From Amphiscolops sp. MND2022 (lineage: Eukaryota): a stretch of DNA of 64,000 nt. Positions 13,016-25,100 of this stretch are shown here, piece after piece (the first letter of the stretch is position 1; every line of letters begins with the position of its first letter). Position numbers and translations under genes: made by a program. Under the pieces are notes generated by a model. The model had not been told where the DNA came from and searched no databases. It saw nothing but the letters and a program-made list of their open reading frames with translations. The DNA is taken from positions 8,186,001 to 8,250,000 of the forward strand of contig OZ076409.1 of NCBI GenBank assembly GCA_964187785.1. The letters run 5' to 3'.

Positions 13016-16000
13016 GATAGAAGGTTTGAAATAAGAAAGTTTAAGAATTTCCAGGGTAAGAAAACGGAAACACAAAAACGGCTAATCCTAGTCTCAGTGC
13101 AAATGGTAGTATTAAAATTTGAATTGGATAATATAAATTACTTTCTTATACTGTTTCGCAAGGTTTCATTAAACATCTGAGTAATCAGAAGGAGTAGTAA
13201 AAACTGCGAGATATGGGGGCAATAAAATTGAAAGACACGAAAGTACAAAACATTGCAACAGACTTGGATGAGGTCGGTAGCTGTGATTTTAGCTGCTCGA
13301 TAATATAACCGAATGATAATATACCATACTGTAATAAATGAATTGGACCTCTGATTGTAAAAAATGAGTTGGACTCGATTAAACGAGACCAAAATCTTCT
13401 GAACGAAAAAATATTTTGGAAAACTGTAAAACTAAAACTTTAATCAATTTTAACGTTGATTACAAACATTTTCGTTTAAGATTCTGAGATTTCGTTTCTA
13501 ACCTATTTTAGTTCAAACTTCGAAAGCCTTGAGTGTAGAAAAAAAAATCATTTTCAATCTTTCGGACGCTTTTTCAACAAAAGTATCCACTAAAATATTT
13601 TTTTATTGCAAAACTTTGAAAAGAAACCTTCTTGAACAGGACATTTCAGAGAAAGAAACTTGAATGCAATGTATTAAGATAGGGCATGAAATTATTTTTG
13701 AACGAACCCTTATATAATTAAAGTTTTCTTCAAGTTTTATGTAAACAAAACATAATATCGTCATTAGTGAATGGATTAGTTTCTGTCAATATTCCAAAAT
13801 TGTAAGAAATGCGTCTGTGAGACGCCTAATTTTGCAAAAAATTGCTCCTAGATCGAAAATTAGTAGTAACTACTGTACTGTGATTAAGAAATCATCCCCC
13901 TATGCGCTGAGCGTCGTTATCAACCAATTAGAATTGCGTATTTGCTCTCACTTTCAATTCTGATTGGCGCATCAAGTGAAATCTCCGGCGCAGAAAGAAC
14001 ACTTCTGCTATTTTCCCAGTTTTTGGGCAGGTTTTTGAAATATTTTTCTGGAAATTTTAAATTCATCGAAGTCTGCAGATTGTATAGAATTCAATGATAT
14101 TTTCTTTGTTTCAAAAACATTCTAAATGAAAGAATAATCGCAGTTTTCCGTCGCGAAACGTTAATTTCCTATCTTAATACATGTAGATCGACGAAATTTT
14201 ACCTTTCGAGCATGATATTTCAAAAACGGTTGATAATTTTTGAAAACGAAAAACATCCATAGATTCAGTAGATTTGTGCCGATAAACATGTATTAGATTT
14301 GTGTAGATAAAACATGCCAAAAAACTGTGGATAAAACGGTCAAAAATTGGTAAAACGGAAAAAAGCCCCAAATTTGCTCAAACTCAGCTAATTGTAACTT
14401 TCTCAATTTTTGTCCTAGAAAAATTTAAAAAACACTAATGTAAACTAGATGAAATTCTAAGAAACTTTTATTTCTAATGTTTTTCAAAATTCTCTAACTA
14501 CGTTATCGTAATTAGTTCGTCGCTTATGCTGTATTCATTTCACTGAATTTGATTGGTTCATTGAATGAAAGTTTGGTCACGTGACTATGACGCGCAGTAT
14601 TTACTGCGTGTAAACTGCTTTCGACGCTTTGAATATTCTACGATTTGAACCGTCCCCGATAGAAGGTTTGAAATAAGAAAGTTTAAGAATTTCCAGGGTA
14701 AGAAAACGGAAACACAAAAACGGCTAATCCTAGTCTCAGTGCAAATGGTAGTATTAAAATTTGAATTGGATAATATAAATTACTTTCTTATACTGTTTCG
14801 CAAGGTTTCATTAAACATCTGAGTAATCAGAAGGAGTAGTAAAAACTGCGAGATATGGGGGCAATAAAATTGAAAGACACGAAAGTACAAAACATTGCAA
14901 CAGACTTGGATGAGGTCGGTAGCTGTGATTTTAGCTGCTCGATAATATAACCGAATGATAATATACCATACTGTAATAAATGAATTGGACCTCTGATTGT
15001 AAAAAATGAGTTGGACTCGATTAAACGAGACCAAAATCTTCTGAACGAAAAAATATTTTGGAAAACTGTAAAACTAAAACTTTAATCAATTTTAACGTTG
15101 ATTACAAACATTTTCGTTTAAGATTCTGAGATTTCGTTTCTAACCTATTTTAGTTCAAATTTCGAAAGCCTTGAGTGTAGAAAAAAAATTCATTTTCAAT
15201 CTTTCGGACGCTTTTTCAACAAAAGTATCCACTAAAATATTTTTTTATTGCAAAACTTTGAAAAGAAACCTTCTTGAACAGGACATTTCAGAGAAAGAAA
15301 CTTGAATGCAATGTATTAAGATGGGGCATGAAATTGTTTTTGAACGAACCCTTATATAATTATAGTTTTCTTCAAGTTTTATGTAAACAAAACATAATAT
15401 CGTCATTAGTGAATGGATTAGTTTCTGTCAATATTCCAAAAATGTAAGAAATGCGTCTGTGAGACGCCTAATTTTGCAAAAAATTGCTCCTAGATCGAAA
15501 ATTAGTAGTAACTACTGTACTGTGATTAAGAAATCATCCCCCTATGCGCTGAGCGTCGTTATCAACCAATTAGAATTGCGTATTTGCTCTCACTTTCAAT
15601 TCTGATTGGCGCATCAAGTGAAATCTCCGGCGCAGAAAGAACACTTCTGCTATTTTCCCAGTTTTTGGGCAGGTTTTTGAAATATTTTTCTGGAAATTTT
15701 AAATTCATCGAAGTCTGCAGATTGTATAGAATTCAATGATATTTTCTTTGTTTCAAAAACATTCTAAATGAAAAAATAATCGCAGTTTTCCGTCGCGAAA
15801 CGTTAATTTCCTATCTTAATACATGTAGATCGACGAAATTTTACCTTTCGAGCATGATATTTCAAAAACGGTTGATAATTTTTGAAAACGAAAAACATCC
15901 ATAGATTCAGTAGATTTGTGCCGATAAACATGTATTAGATTTGTGTAGATAAAACATGCCAAAAAACTGTGGATAAAACGGTCAAAAATTGGTAAAACGG

Positions 16001-16136
16001 AAAAAAGCCCCAAATTTGCTCAAACTCAGCTAATTGTAACTTTCTCAATTTTTGTCCTAGAAAAATTTAAAAAACACTAATGTAAACTAGATGAAATTCT
16101 AAGAAACTTTTATTTCTAATGTTTTTCAAAATTCTC
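12855..16136. repeat. Near-identical tandem duplication, 1642-bp period (12855-14494 / 14497-16136)
   Basis: Identical short ORFs offset by 1642; only scattered substitutions. Confidence 0.97.
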
Positions 16137-16197
16137 ATCTGATTTCGAGATAATCGAGTCTAAAATCGCTCCGGGGGACGTTTTCTTAATCACAGTA
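15518..16197. mobile_element. MITE with TIR TACTGTGATTAAGAAA; truncated duplicate at 13876-14494
   Basis: TACTGTGATTAAGAAA..CCCC and GGGG..TTTCTTAATCACAGTA. CTG flanks both ends; alternatively the TSD is TA. Confidence 0.75.
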
Positions 16198-16587
16198 CTG
16201 TACAAGTTTTGAAAGTGATATTACAATGCTCCAAAATTGTTTGCAAAACTGATTCTGAAGTGTTTTCACAAATTTAATAATGTTTGATCAAGCGTTTTTT
16301 GGTTACCTTGAAAGTCACTCGGGTTTCGAGCTAATTTATTTCCAGTCCAAATCTTTTTTACAATCAGGGGTCCAATTCATTTATTACAGTATGGTAGAAG
16401 ATTTTGCATGCATTGACTTTCGTTTACTCTACTCGGTTCCAAAGTTACATAATACTTTCATCATTCAAAGATCGGTGTCGACCAATCACTATTGAGAATT
16501 CAATTCGTTTCTGCTATAAATTGTTTCTGGAATATTATCAAGCGGCTACACTCCCTATCACCGGATGACATCTTGGATTACGTAATC

Positions 16588-16708
16588 TCAGGTCTCATTT
16601 TCTTCGTTACTATCATCCAAAGTTTGATTGGCTAACTTGCGCGCTTCTTCCCAGCTCATGTATTCTCCGTAATGTTCTTTTCTCTTTTGCTCGAAAGCTG
16701 TTGAACAA
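16588..16708 (-). CDS. PPP1R2: Last coding exon of a probable protein phosphatase 1 inhibitor-2 (IPP-2) family host gene
   Basis: AFEQKRKEHYGEYMSWEEARKLANQTLDDSNEENET* matches the inhibitor-2 C-terminal motif FExKRKxHYxE..AR.L plus acidic tail. Acceptor tttttag| in phase 2; AATAAA ~200-250 nt downstream. Confidence 0.6.
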
Positions 16709-17707
16709 CTAAAAAATAGTTGGAATTTCTTAAATGATCTTTTTTCGTTTCTGTGGCATATTTTTAGATGCAAGTAAAATAAATCTTGATTCTTTTCTGC
16801 TCCCCCTCCCACCACCATTTTTTTGGAAAATCAGTGAGAAAATTACAATAAAACAGACTAAAAACCGCACCAAAATCCTTCAACTTTAAACTTTACTTCA
16901 AGGTGTCAATTTAGGATCAAAATACAAACTTTGTTCACACTATTTCTTCTATGTAATCACAAATTTTTTATTGAGAAATCTACTGCTTCCTGTTTTGAGT
17001 AACGAAAAACAGTTAATTCGAACATAATCACAGTCAGAAAGTGTGAAAAATGTTTTGCTCCAGCGAAAAACTATTCCAATGAAAATTTTTTTTTAATTGA
17101 TGGTGTGGGGAGAAAATGCTTTGAACAGAAAAGAGGCTTTTTTGATGTTTTTTTTTGTTTCTGTGACATCTTTTTTATGTGAAAGTAAAATAAATCCTTT
17201 CTAATTTTACCATATTACTACCTGCTTTCCATTTTTTGCCTTCAAAACAAAATATTTCAAGTGCTGAACAAAATTTGTGAAGTATTTGTTTGTTGCTAAC
17301 AGGTCTTTTCGGAATCCAAACAGCAGATAAAACAATGCTTCAGGTTGTTAGTCAACAAACCCTTTTCGATGTTACGAACTACTTACATTGAGTCTGTTTT
17401 TTTGTTTCCCATTTTGAGGATTTTTCCATTGATGTTCTTATAACTGTTCAGCATCCAATTATATGCCAACCTTAGCATGAATTACTTGCTACCTTAGTAT
17501 TACATGCGATGCCTCAGTATTTCATCTCTTCAGAAATTAAGACCTTCTTTATCGTATGATTCAAGGTCAAATTCGGCATGTGGTATTTGTCAAGGTCACT
17601 TCCTAGACAGTTTACTGTGGCATAAATATAAAATACAAGCTTCAATACAACAATTTTGTTCATGCCATGACGAGATATAACTGTCTGTGCCTGGGGGGGC
17701 TTCTTAC

Positions 17708-17808
17708 CTGGTAGCGGTATCTGAATCTTTGACAGGTTCCACCTCCACGTCTAGAAGTAGCGATTCTGAGCCCCCTTCCGATCCCTTTTCCATCTCTCGG
17801 GGGGTTAT
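17708..17808 (-). CDS. PPP1R2: Penultimate exon of the same IPP-2-like gene
   Basis: tgctgtag| 101-nt exon |gtaag. Encodes acidic ITPREMEKGSEGGSESLLLDVEVEPVKDSDTAT and ends in phase 2, in frame with the 16708 exon. Confidence 0.55.
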
Positions 17809-18067
17809 CTACAGCAAATACAAAGCCCGTCTCCAAAAATCAAAAGAATGTTCACAATTGTCACCCAATTAGCCTCACCTTTTCATTCATTCACACCCTA
17901 CCACTCATTAAGTGTGGTCCCTACAGTTTAATTTGATCCTGTCTTTCGGGTGCTTCAGGGGATAATTTGAGGGTTAATTTGCATAAGGGCGAATTTTGGT
18001 GGGTTGCTTGACTTCCTTTGAATGAAAAGTGGAACAGCGACGCAGATACCCAGATTATGACAAAGTT

Positions 18068-18580
18068 AAACAAGACGGGAACGTCTAAAGTCGGCGCTAT
18101 ATCTAAGGCTCAAAAAGCGCAAAAGACTTTTTTTGAAAAAAAAACTTGAAATTTTTGAAATTTTTTCTTTCAGAAAATGTCGCATAGTGCCGAAAAATGT
18201 AAGAGGGGAGACCCTTTGGGCTTTATTAACATAAAATCTGTTGCAAAATATCAAAAAACTTGAGAAGGGGACTCTTTTGAGACATTAAAAAATTTTCGAA
18301 AAAAGTTGCACAATGCCGAAAAAAAATCGAAAGGGGGGACCCTTTAGTCTCGTCTGGTTTTGCAGATTACGTTTAAAAAAATAAAAAAATGGAAGGGGAG
18401 ACCCTTTTGCACTAATTTCCGCTGACGGGACTTGGCCTTATGGTAGTAGTTTTAGTAGTTTCGATTGTAAGAAAAGTGTGGCCCAATCAGAGTGAGATTG
18501 TAGTCTGACGAAAAAAAAGAAGAAAAAACTAGCCACTGTAATAGTCGGGCACTTTTCACTAGAAAAGCGCCGACTAAAAA
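18068..18580. mobile_element. HINE-like element, copy 2
   Basis: AAACAAGACGGGAACG..AGTCGGCG start; 3' hairpin TAGTCGGGCACTTTTC-ACTA-GAAAAGCGCCGACTA followed by an A-run. Confidence 0.65.
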
Positions 18581-19772
18581 CAAACGAACTGACTAACTGG
18601 TGGAAATTTTATTGGAGTTAAAGTATGGGAGTTTTAAACAAACAAATACAGTCCTGTGATAAAAGAATGGGACCCCTGTTTGCTAATTAAGTTTGGAACG
18701 CCTAATGAGTTTCCGAACTTCTAATAATAGAAATAATAATAATTCATTTCATCAGAGGGCATAAATAACAGACAATAAATTAAATTAAACAAAACGAATT
18801 AACAAAGAAGCGCCTGAAAAGGACCCCTAAAAGCACTTGGCTTTTCAAGAGGGATCCTTAAATGAATCCTTTCCAAAATATGATAGAAACAAAAGTTTCT
18901 TGGGCATTTGTCTAATTACCTTCCTCCAAATTTGAAACCCTTAAAACTAATATGAGTCAAGTTTGTAAAAATAATTTTCAAATAAAAAACTTGGAAATTC
19001 AGTTGCAGAGGCTAAATTAAGAGTGGAAGCTGGTTGTTAATTACTTTTTCATGTTGTTCAAGGTGCCCATCGTTCACTAATCACAACCTAGAGTGTAAAA
19101 AGGTGTAGAAAGATGATCACAAATCTACAGGTCTGGAAACTATACCCAACCTTAAATCATTAACCGGAAATAATTCGGTGGAGATTATCGGTATTCTTCG
19201 GACATGTGAAAATTAAGTGCCTCAAAGTTTGACAGTGCAATCAATGGATAGCAATGAACAGGTTTATAAACAAGAACTAAACAAAATTGTTTCTAAATTA
19301 GACAAAAACTAAAAACAGTTTCCGAACCAAAAATAACATAGATAGGTATTGAGAGCTAAATTCCTCGAATATTTGTCAGAGAAGTTTCAAACAAACACGA
19401 AAGTAAACTAGATTAGGTTTCGGGAAACTTTTAAAATTTCATTTCTCTGGAATATCAATAGTTTCAGAGAAATGGACAGAAAAATAAGTTTTCAAAACTT
19501 TCTTATCGATTAAGTAAAGTTTTCTTACATTACAGAAACGTTCACATTACACAAATAGTATAGGCTCATTGCGTTTTTGCAAAATATTTGGTTCACAGTT
19601 AGGACTGTATTTGCTCAGCCAGTTGTCTATTTCTGAAAGAAAAAACTCTGAATTTCCATCTAAAAATGAAACTTAAAAAGCCATTTAAGATATGTAGTGT
19701 ACACATGAATTAGGAATAATGAAAATCTTAAAAAGAAGAGCAACAAAATTTAATCTGGAATTAGGTGTATGA

Positions 19773-20370
19773 TTAGTGGAATCTGAATTGACGTGAACAT
19801 TTTTTCATTATTTCTGCTGAATAATCCAATTTTGATGCATATTTTCGGAGATAACAACTTTCTAGATCCTTCTTCAGTTTCTCGTAGTCAATTTCTTTTC
19901 TTATCTCATTAGGTAAGGCGTTCCACAAGACAGGTGCTCTATTGAAAAACGATTGTTTCACGCAGACAGTTTTGACTCTTAAGCTGAAAGCAAGTTTTTC
20001 TGTTCTTTCATTTTCAGTTATTCTACTAGATAACAATGATTGATTCCCGGTATAGGAAGGAGGAAAATAATTTTTGCAACTCCAAAAAAAGTAGCAGATC
20101 ATTTTCAAATCTAGTAAAGATTGTACCGATTTAACTTTGTGTTCTAGTTTTAGATCACTTGAAGACTCAAACTTGTTCTTGTGAAAATTGCTTTTATTCC
20201 CTAGTTCAGTTGTTTTTCAAGGGTGGTCTTCAAGTTTTCGGCAATTCCATCAATTAAAACAGATGAGTACTGTAGACTTATTACAAGAACATTGAGAAGT
20301 AAAATTCTAATTTTCTCAGGAAAATGACCCCTGATCGAATAAAAAGTTTTCATGCCGCAAGAGTTTTTAT
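19773..20370 (-). mobile_element. 3' fragment of a CR1/L2-type LINE ORF2
   Basis: LLLNVLVIS-LQYSS...LEKQLN, then SFFNRAPVLWNALP, a typical C-terminal motif of these ORF2 proteins. Contains stops and frameshifts. Confidence 0.8.
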
Positions 20371-20442
20371 CCATCTTTGTAACTGATGCGTGGCCTTGAT
20401 GTAACTTGACGATAATTGTCGTTCCCATTGCTTCCGGTATTA

Positions 20443-21099
20443 CAGTCGGCGCCATATCCAAGTCTCAAAAACAGAAAAAGGACTTCCAAGTGTCAATATA
20501 CAGTACACGAAAATCGCAAAAAGCAATATAAATGGACGGAGTGGCGCGCCGGGGCCCGGTAGGGCGCTCCCCTGGAGCGCTAAAAGGGGGACACTTCCGA
20601 AATTGTCAACATTTTAATCTCAGTTGAAGAGAGACCCTTTGGAGAAAAAACAAATTTTCGAAAAAAAAGTCTCACAATGCCAAAAAACTGAAAGGGGGAA
20701 TCTTTTGGGATTTATAAACAACCAATCTGTTGTAAAATATCAAAGAAATTGAAGGAGGGACCCTTCGGAGAGAAAAAAATCTCACAGTGCCGAAGAAAAC
20801 TGAAAGGGGGACCCTTTGGGATTTTCCATCATCCATTCTGACGCAGAACAGCAAAAAAATTGAAAAAAAAGTCTCGCAGTGCCAAACAAATTGAAAGAGG
20901 GACCGTTTGGTATGGTATGTTACGGGGAAAAACAAGAAAAACCTTTTTTTTGGTTCAGTTCGCTAGGTCAAATGGTGCAATTTGGTGCAATAAATATTTT
21001 GTAGAACTTTTGAGAACTATTTTGGTCAGTTCGTGTGGATAGAAAGAAAAGAGTCACTATAATAGTCGCATTTCACTTCATGAAGCGCCTACTAAAAAA
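20443..21099. mobile_element. HINE-like element, copy 3 (5' truncated)
   Basis: Same internal tandem units and the ATAGTCG...CGCCTACTAAAA end. Confidence 0.55.
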
Positions 21100-21896
21100 G
21101 GACGACTTCCGTTAGCGCATATACAATGTGTTACCTACCAAAAGTATGACCCTGTGACATTGTTAGTATTCGCTGCTTCCAAAACGCAATAACTTGCAGA
21201 AGGGATTTTGTTCTGCAAAACTTTTAGAATTGATTTCATTTAATTGTATGTGCCTTTAATGTTTACCAGAGACTGGTTGATGCGGTAACACTGACAGAGT
21301 TGCGAGAATAACAACAACAAAAAGGAGACGTCAAGGAAGAGCAACAGAGAAGTGTAAAGAATTTTATTCTGCATAGAGTAGGCAATCAAAACAACAATAA
21401 ACTAAAGTGTACATTATTATGTAAATGATTAATGCCGTTATTAGTGATATTCCCTGGATGAAGTTAAATGCAAATCTTTAAAGATTCTTGCCAATATCTT
21501 GCATTTGATGGCTATCTTGCAAGATTGTGGACCTAAATTCAAATCTTGCAAGATTTTTCAGAAGTATGCAAATCCTACAAGATATCTTACAAGATTCTTG
21601 AAAGAAAAACATTTTGCTGCAAATATCTGACTAAAAGAGTGTTATAGAATCCGGTCTCTACATCTCGTTTTTAGAGAGAAAGCAACTGAATATTGTATTG
21701 TTCTCGTGCCAATAATGAATATCAACTGGTGTCATATGAATTCAGAAAGCTACAATGGTATAAATGAAGAAACTGTCAAAATAACAAAAGTTGTTTACTA
21801 ATATAGACAATCAAATTAAAGTTTCGAGACAGCAAATTATCGAAAAGAGTATTTTAGTGGAAAACGGTATTTTAGTAATTTTTTACCAAAGACTCC

Positions 21897-21969
21897 GCCG
21901 GTTCTGAGAATCGAACTCTAGACCTTTGGAATAGAAACCGAACGCGCTAAGCTATTGTGCTAAAGTGCC
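21897..21969 (-). ncRNA. tRNA-derived Pol III A/B-box unit inside the LTR of B (also 30888-30960 and 31774-31846)
   Basis: GGCACTTTAGCACAATAGCTTAGCGCGTTCGGTTTCTATTCCAAAGGTCTAGAGTTCGATTCTCAG: A box, TCT at the anticodon position, B box. The acceptor stem does not pair. Confidence 0.7.
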
Positions 21970-22176
21970 TTGTTATTTGTTTATTTTAATCCAATCATAT
22001 TGTGTACACAACATCCTCCGGGCCCAAGAAGATGTGAATGCAAGAAACATTAGAATTGAAAAGGAAACTTTTTTTTCGGAAAACGGTTTACATGGATTTT
22101 CGATGATGTACATGTTACATTTTATTCATGTTAGGTACGATTACAAGCGAGAATAAAAACGGAGAGTTATTACAGA

Positions 22177-25100
22177 TTAAGTAAGATTGGGGGAATCGGG
22201 GGACGGAAGAACGGGTGCGAGTTTGACAACGGGTCGAATGAGGTTTCCTGTTGCGGTTTTCAGTTCTGCAGAACGAGCGATAGCGTCGGTACCGTAGTTC
22301 AGCTTGACCACACGTGCAAGTGGGTAATGTCCTCGTGGACTCGTAGGCTCCACAATCCAGACAAGGTCCCCGATCTTGAGATCTTGATCTGGTTGGGCTG
22401 ACCACTTCGAACGGCGGTTAAGCGACGGAACGTAATCTTTTAGCCAACGGTCCCAAAGAGCATCTGAGTACGCTTGCGCACGTGCGTAGCGTTTCCTGTG
22501 GTCGAAGTCGGCTCTTTGGTGTGATGGCATTGTGGAACCCGCGGTTCCCAACAGGAAGTGGTTTGGTTTCAAGGCGTCAAAATCCGTAGCGTCGGAGCTG
22601 ACGGGCACCAGTGGGCGGGAATTGAGACTCTGTTCTACAAGACAAAAAGTAGTTGTTAATATCTCGTCGGTTAGGCGACGGTTTCCAAGAATTGCGTAAA
22701 AAACGTGTTTGAAGCTCCTGACAATTCGTTCCCAGACACCTCCGTGGTGGGGAGCACTGGGAGGATTGAACTTCCAGTGGATCCGTTTTTTGACCAAAGC
22801 TTCAGACAGAATCTGTTGGTTCCACGCTGACACGTTTTGCAGTAACTCCTTTTCACTGGCGATGAAATTGGTTCCGTTGTCAGACCACAAAACTGATGGG
22901 ACGCCCCGACGGGCGGCAAATCTTTCGATTCCCATAACACAGCTACTAGTGTCCATTGACGGGACAACTTCAAAATGGACAGCTCTGGTTGTTAAGCAAG
23001 TAAATAGGAATCCCCATCGTTTTTCGGTTGATCTTTTCACAGCTACGTGAAACGGACCAAAATAGTCAATTACGGTGTTCGTAAATGGACGCTCTTGAAA
23101 TGCCAGTCTTTCGCGAGGAAGGTCGGACATTATCGGGTTGAGAGTTTCCGCTCGACGTTTGCGGCAAGTGACACATTTGGAGACAATTGACCTCAGGGCG
23201 GTTCTAAGCTTGACGATGGCGAACTGTTGCTGCACCAACGCCCTCATGTAGTCGACACCCTGATGGCAATGCGTTTCGTGGAGCTGCTCTAAGTACAAGC
23301 GTATGGCGGGGTGACGGCTGTCCAGTAAAATAGGGTGTTTTGCGTCGAAGTTGGAAACTGTTAGTTGTTTGGTCCGACCGGTTGCTCGCAGTAGGCCTTG
23401 AGGCCCAATGAAAGGGGAGAATTGGGAAAGTTTAGAAGAGTTGCTGACGGGGGATTTTTTCAGCAAGCACTTCAGTTCGACGGGAAATGACTCTTGTTGG
23501 ATGAGATAGAAAAGTCTCAATTCAGCATTTCGCATTTCATTTGGGTCAGTTACTAAACCAGAGTCGGATCGGTAACCTTCGTTTTTTGGCAGTAGGCGCA
23601 AAATGTAAGCAACAACGCGCAGAAGTTTCTCGTACGAGCTGTACTTCTGCCACTCGAAAGTTGTCGCGATGCTGATCACGGTTGCACTTAAAGCTGTCAA
23701 AAATTCCGAAGTTTCTTGTTCCGAAAGGGGAGTGTCCGACTTTTTCGCTTTCAATTTGACCTCAACTTCTTTTGGTGGTTTGAACGGCCAGTCGTGTGTT
23801 CGCAAGAATGAAGGACCTTTGAGCCAAGGACTGTCACGAAGTGAGTTGGCTGAAAGACCACGCGTTCCTGCATCAGCGGGGTTGTCACTTGATTTAACAT
23901 AGTTCCATTCATCCACTGTTGTTAGTTCCAAGATTTCGGCAACGCGGTTGGTTACAAACACCGGTTGCTTCTCTAATGAATGGAGCCACTGAAGGACCGT
24001 CGTGCTGTCCGTCCACATGAAAGTGTTAGCAACTCTGACCGTTAGCGCATTTTCAATTTCTTTTCGGAGTCGTGCAGCAAGCAACGAGGCTTGTAGTTCA
24101 AGCTTCGGGATCGTAAGGGCTTTCATGGGTGCTACTCTGGCTTTCCCAAAGACGAAAGCTAACTCTGTTGTATAACCAGTCGTGGTGTCAACTTTTCCTC
24201 GTAGAAAGGCGACGGCGCTGAAGACATCTTGAGAGCTGTCACCGAACATATGAAGCTCCAAGGTTTCAACTCGCACTTCGAAATAGCTCCGTGGGATTTG
24301 AATTTCGCTCAAAGTTGGCAGTTCCTTGCTCCATTCGTTGAACTTAGTTACGACTTCGTCTGGCAGATCGTCATCCCACTGTTGACCACTTAATCTCCAG
24401 ATGTCTTTCAACAACAGTCTTGCTTGGACGGTAAACGGAGCAACGAGTCCAATGGGATCGTAGACAGCTGAAACTACGCTTAGTACCACTCGTTGAGTAA
24501 GTTTCTTGTTCGTAGCAGGGCTCGTTCCCCGACTTACAACGAGAGTGTCACAGGCATGATTCCATTTAAGTCCCAAGACATGTGAGGACTCGTCTGGTTC
24601 CGGAATCACCTTCTCATCGGTCGGTGCTAGTTCGCCGCTTTGTTGCAGTTCGGCTGAAAGGTGATTAATGTTGGAAACAAACTTAGTTAGATTAAAGCCA
24701 CCTTTTGCAAGCAGTGCCACCAAGTCCTTTGCTTTGTTACTGGCTTCTTCGACCGTAGGGCTTGATTCCAAGTAGTCGTCCATGTAAAAATTGCGATAAA
24801 CGCTTTTCGCTGCTTCAGGGAAAGCGTCTTGGTTATCGCTACCAGTACGTTTCAGTGCGTAGTTCGCACATGTTGGTGAGTCCTTCGACCCGAAGATGTG
24901 CCGGACGTACTGATACACAGCGATTTCTGCAGCTGGGTCTTCCCGCCACAGAAAACGAAGTGAAGGTTGATCTTTTGGTATGACTCCAACTTGAAGAAAC
25001 ATACCTTCGATATCGGCAGAGACGGCGTACTTGTGTTGACGAAAGCGGATCAGTATGTGTATCAAACTTTGTAGCAAGTCCGGTCCGGTTAACAAGGCGT

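Noticed and set aside
13138..16013. Duplicated 84-aa and 65-aa ORFs
   Set aside because: Non-ATG starts in AT-rich or MITE DNA; their identity only reflects the tandem duplication.
21897..21969. LTR units as functional tRNA genes or self-primers
   Set aside because: Acceptor stems do not pair, and their 3' ends are not complementary to the elements' PBS.
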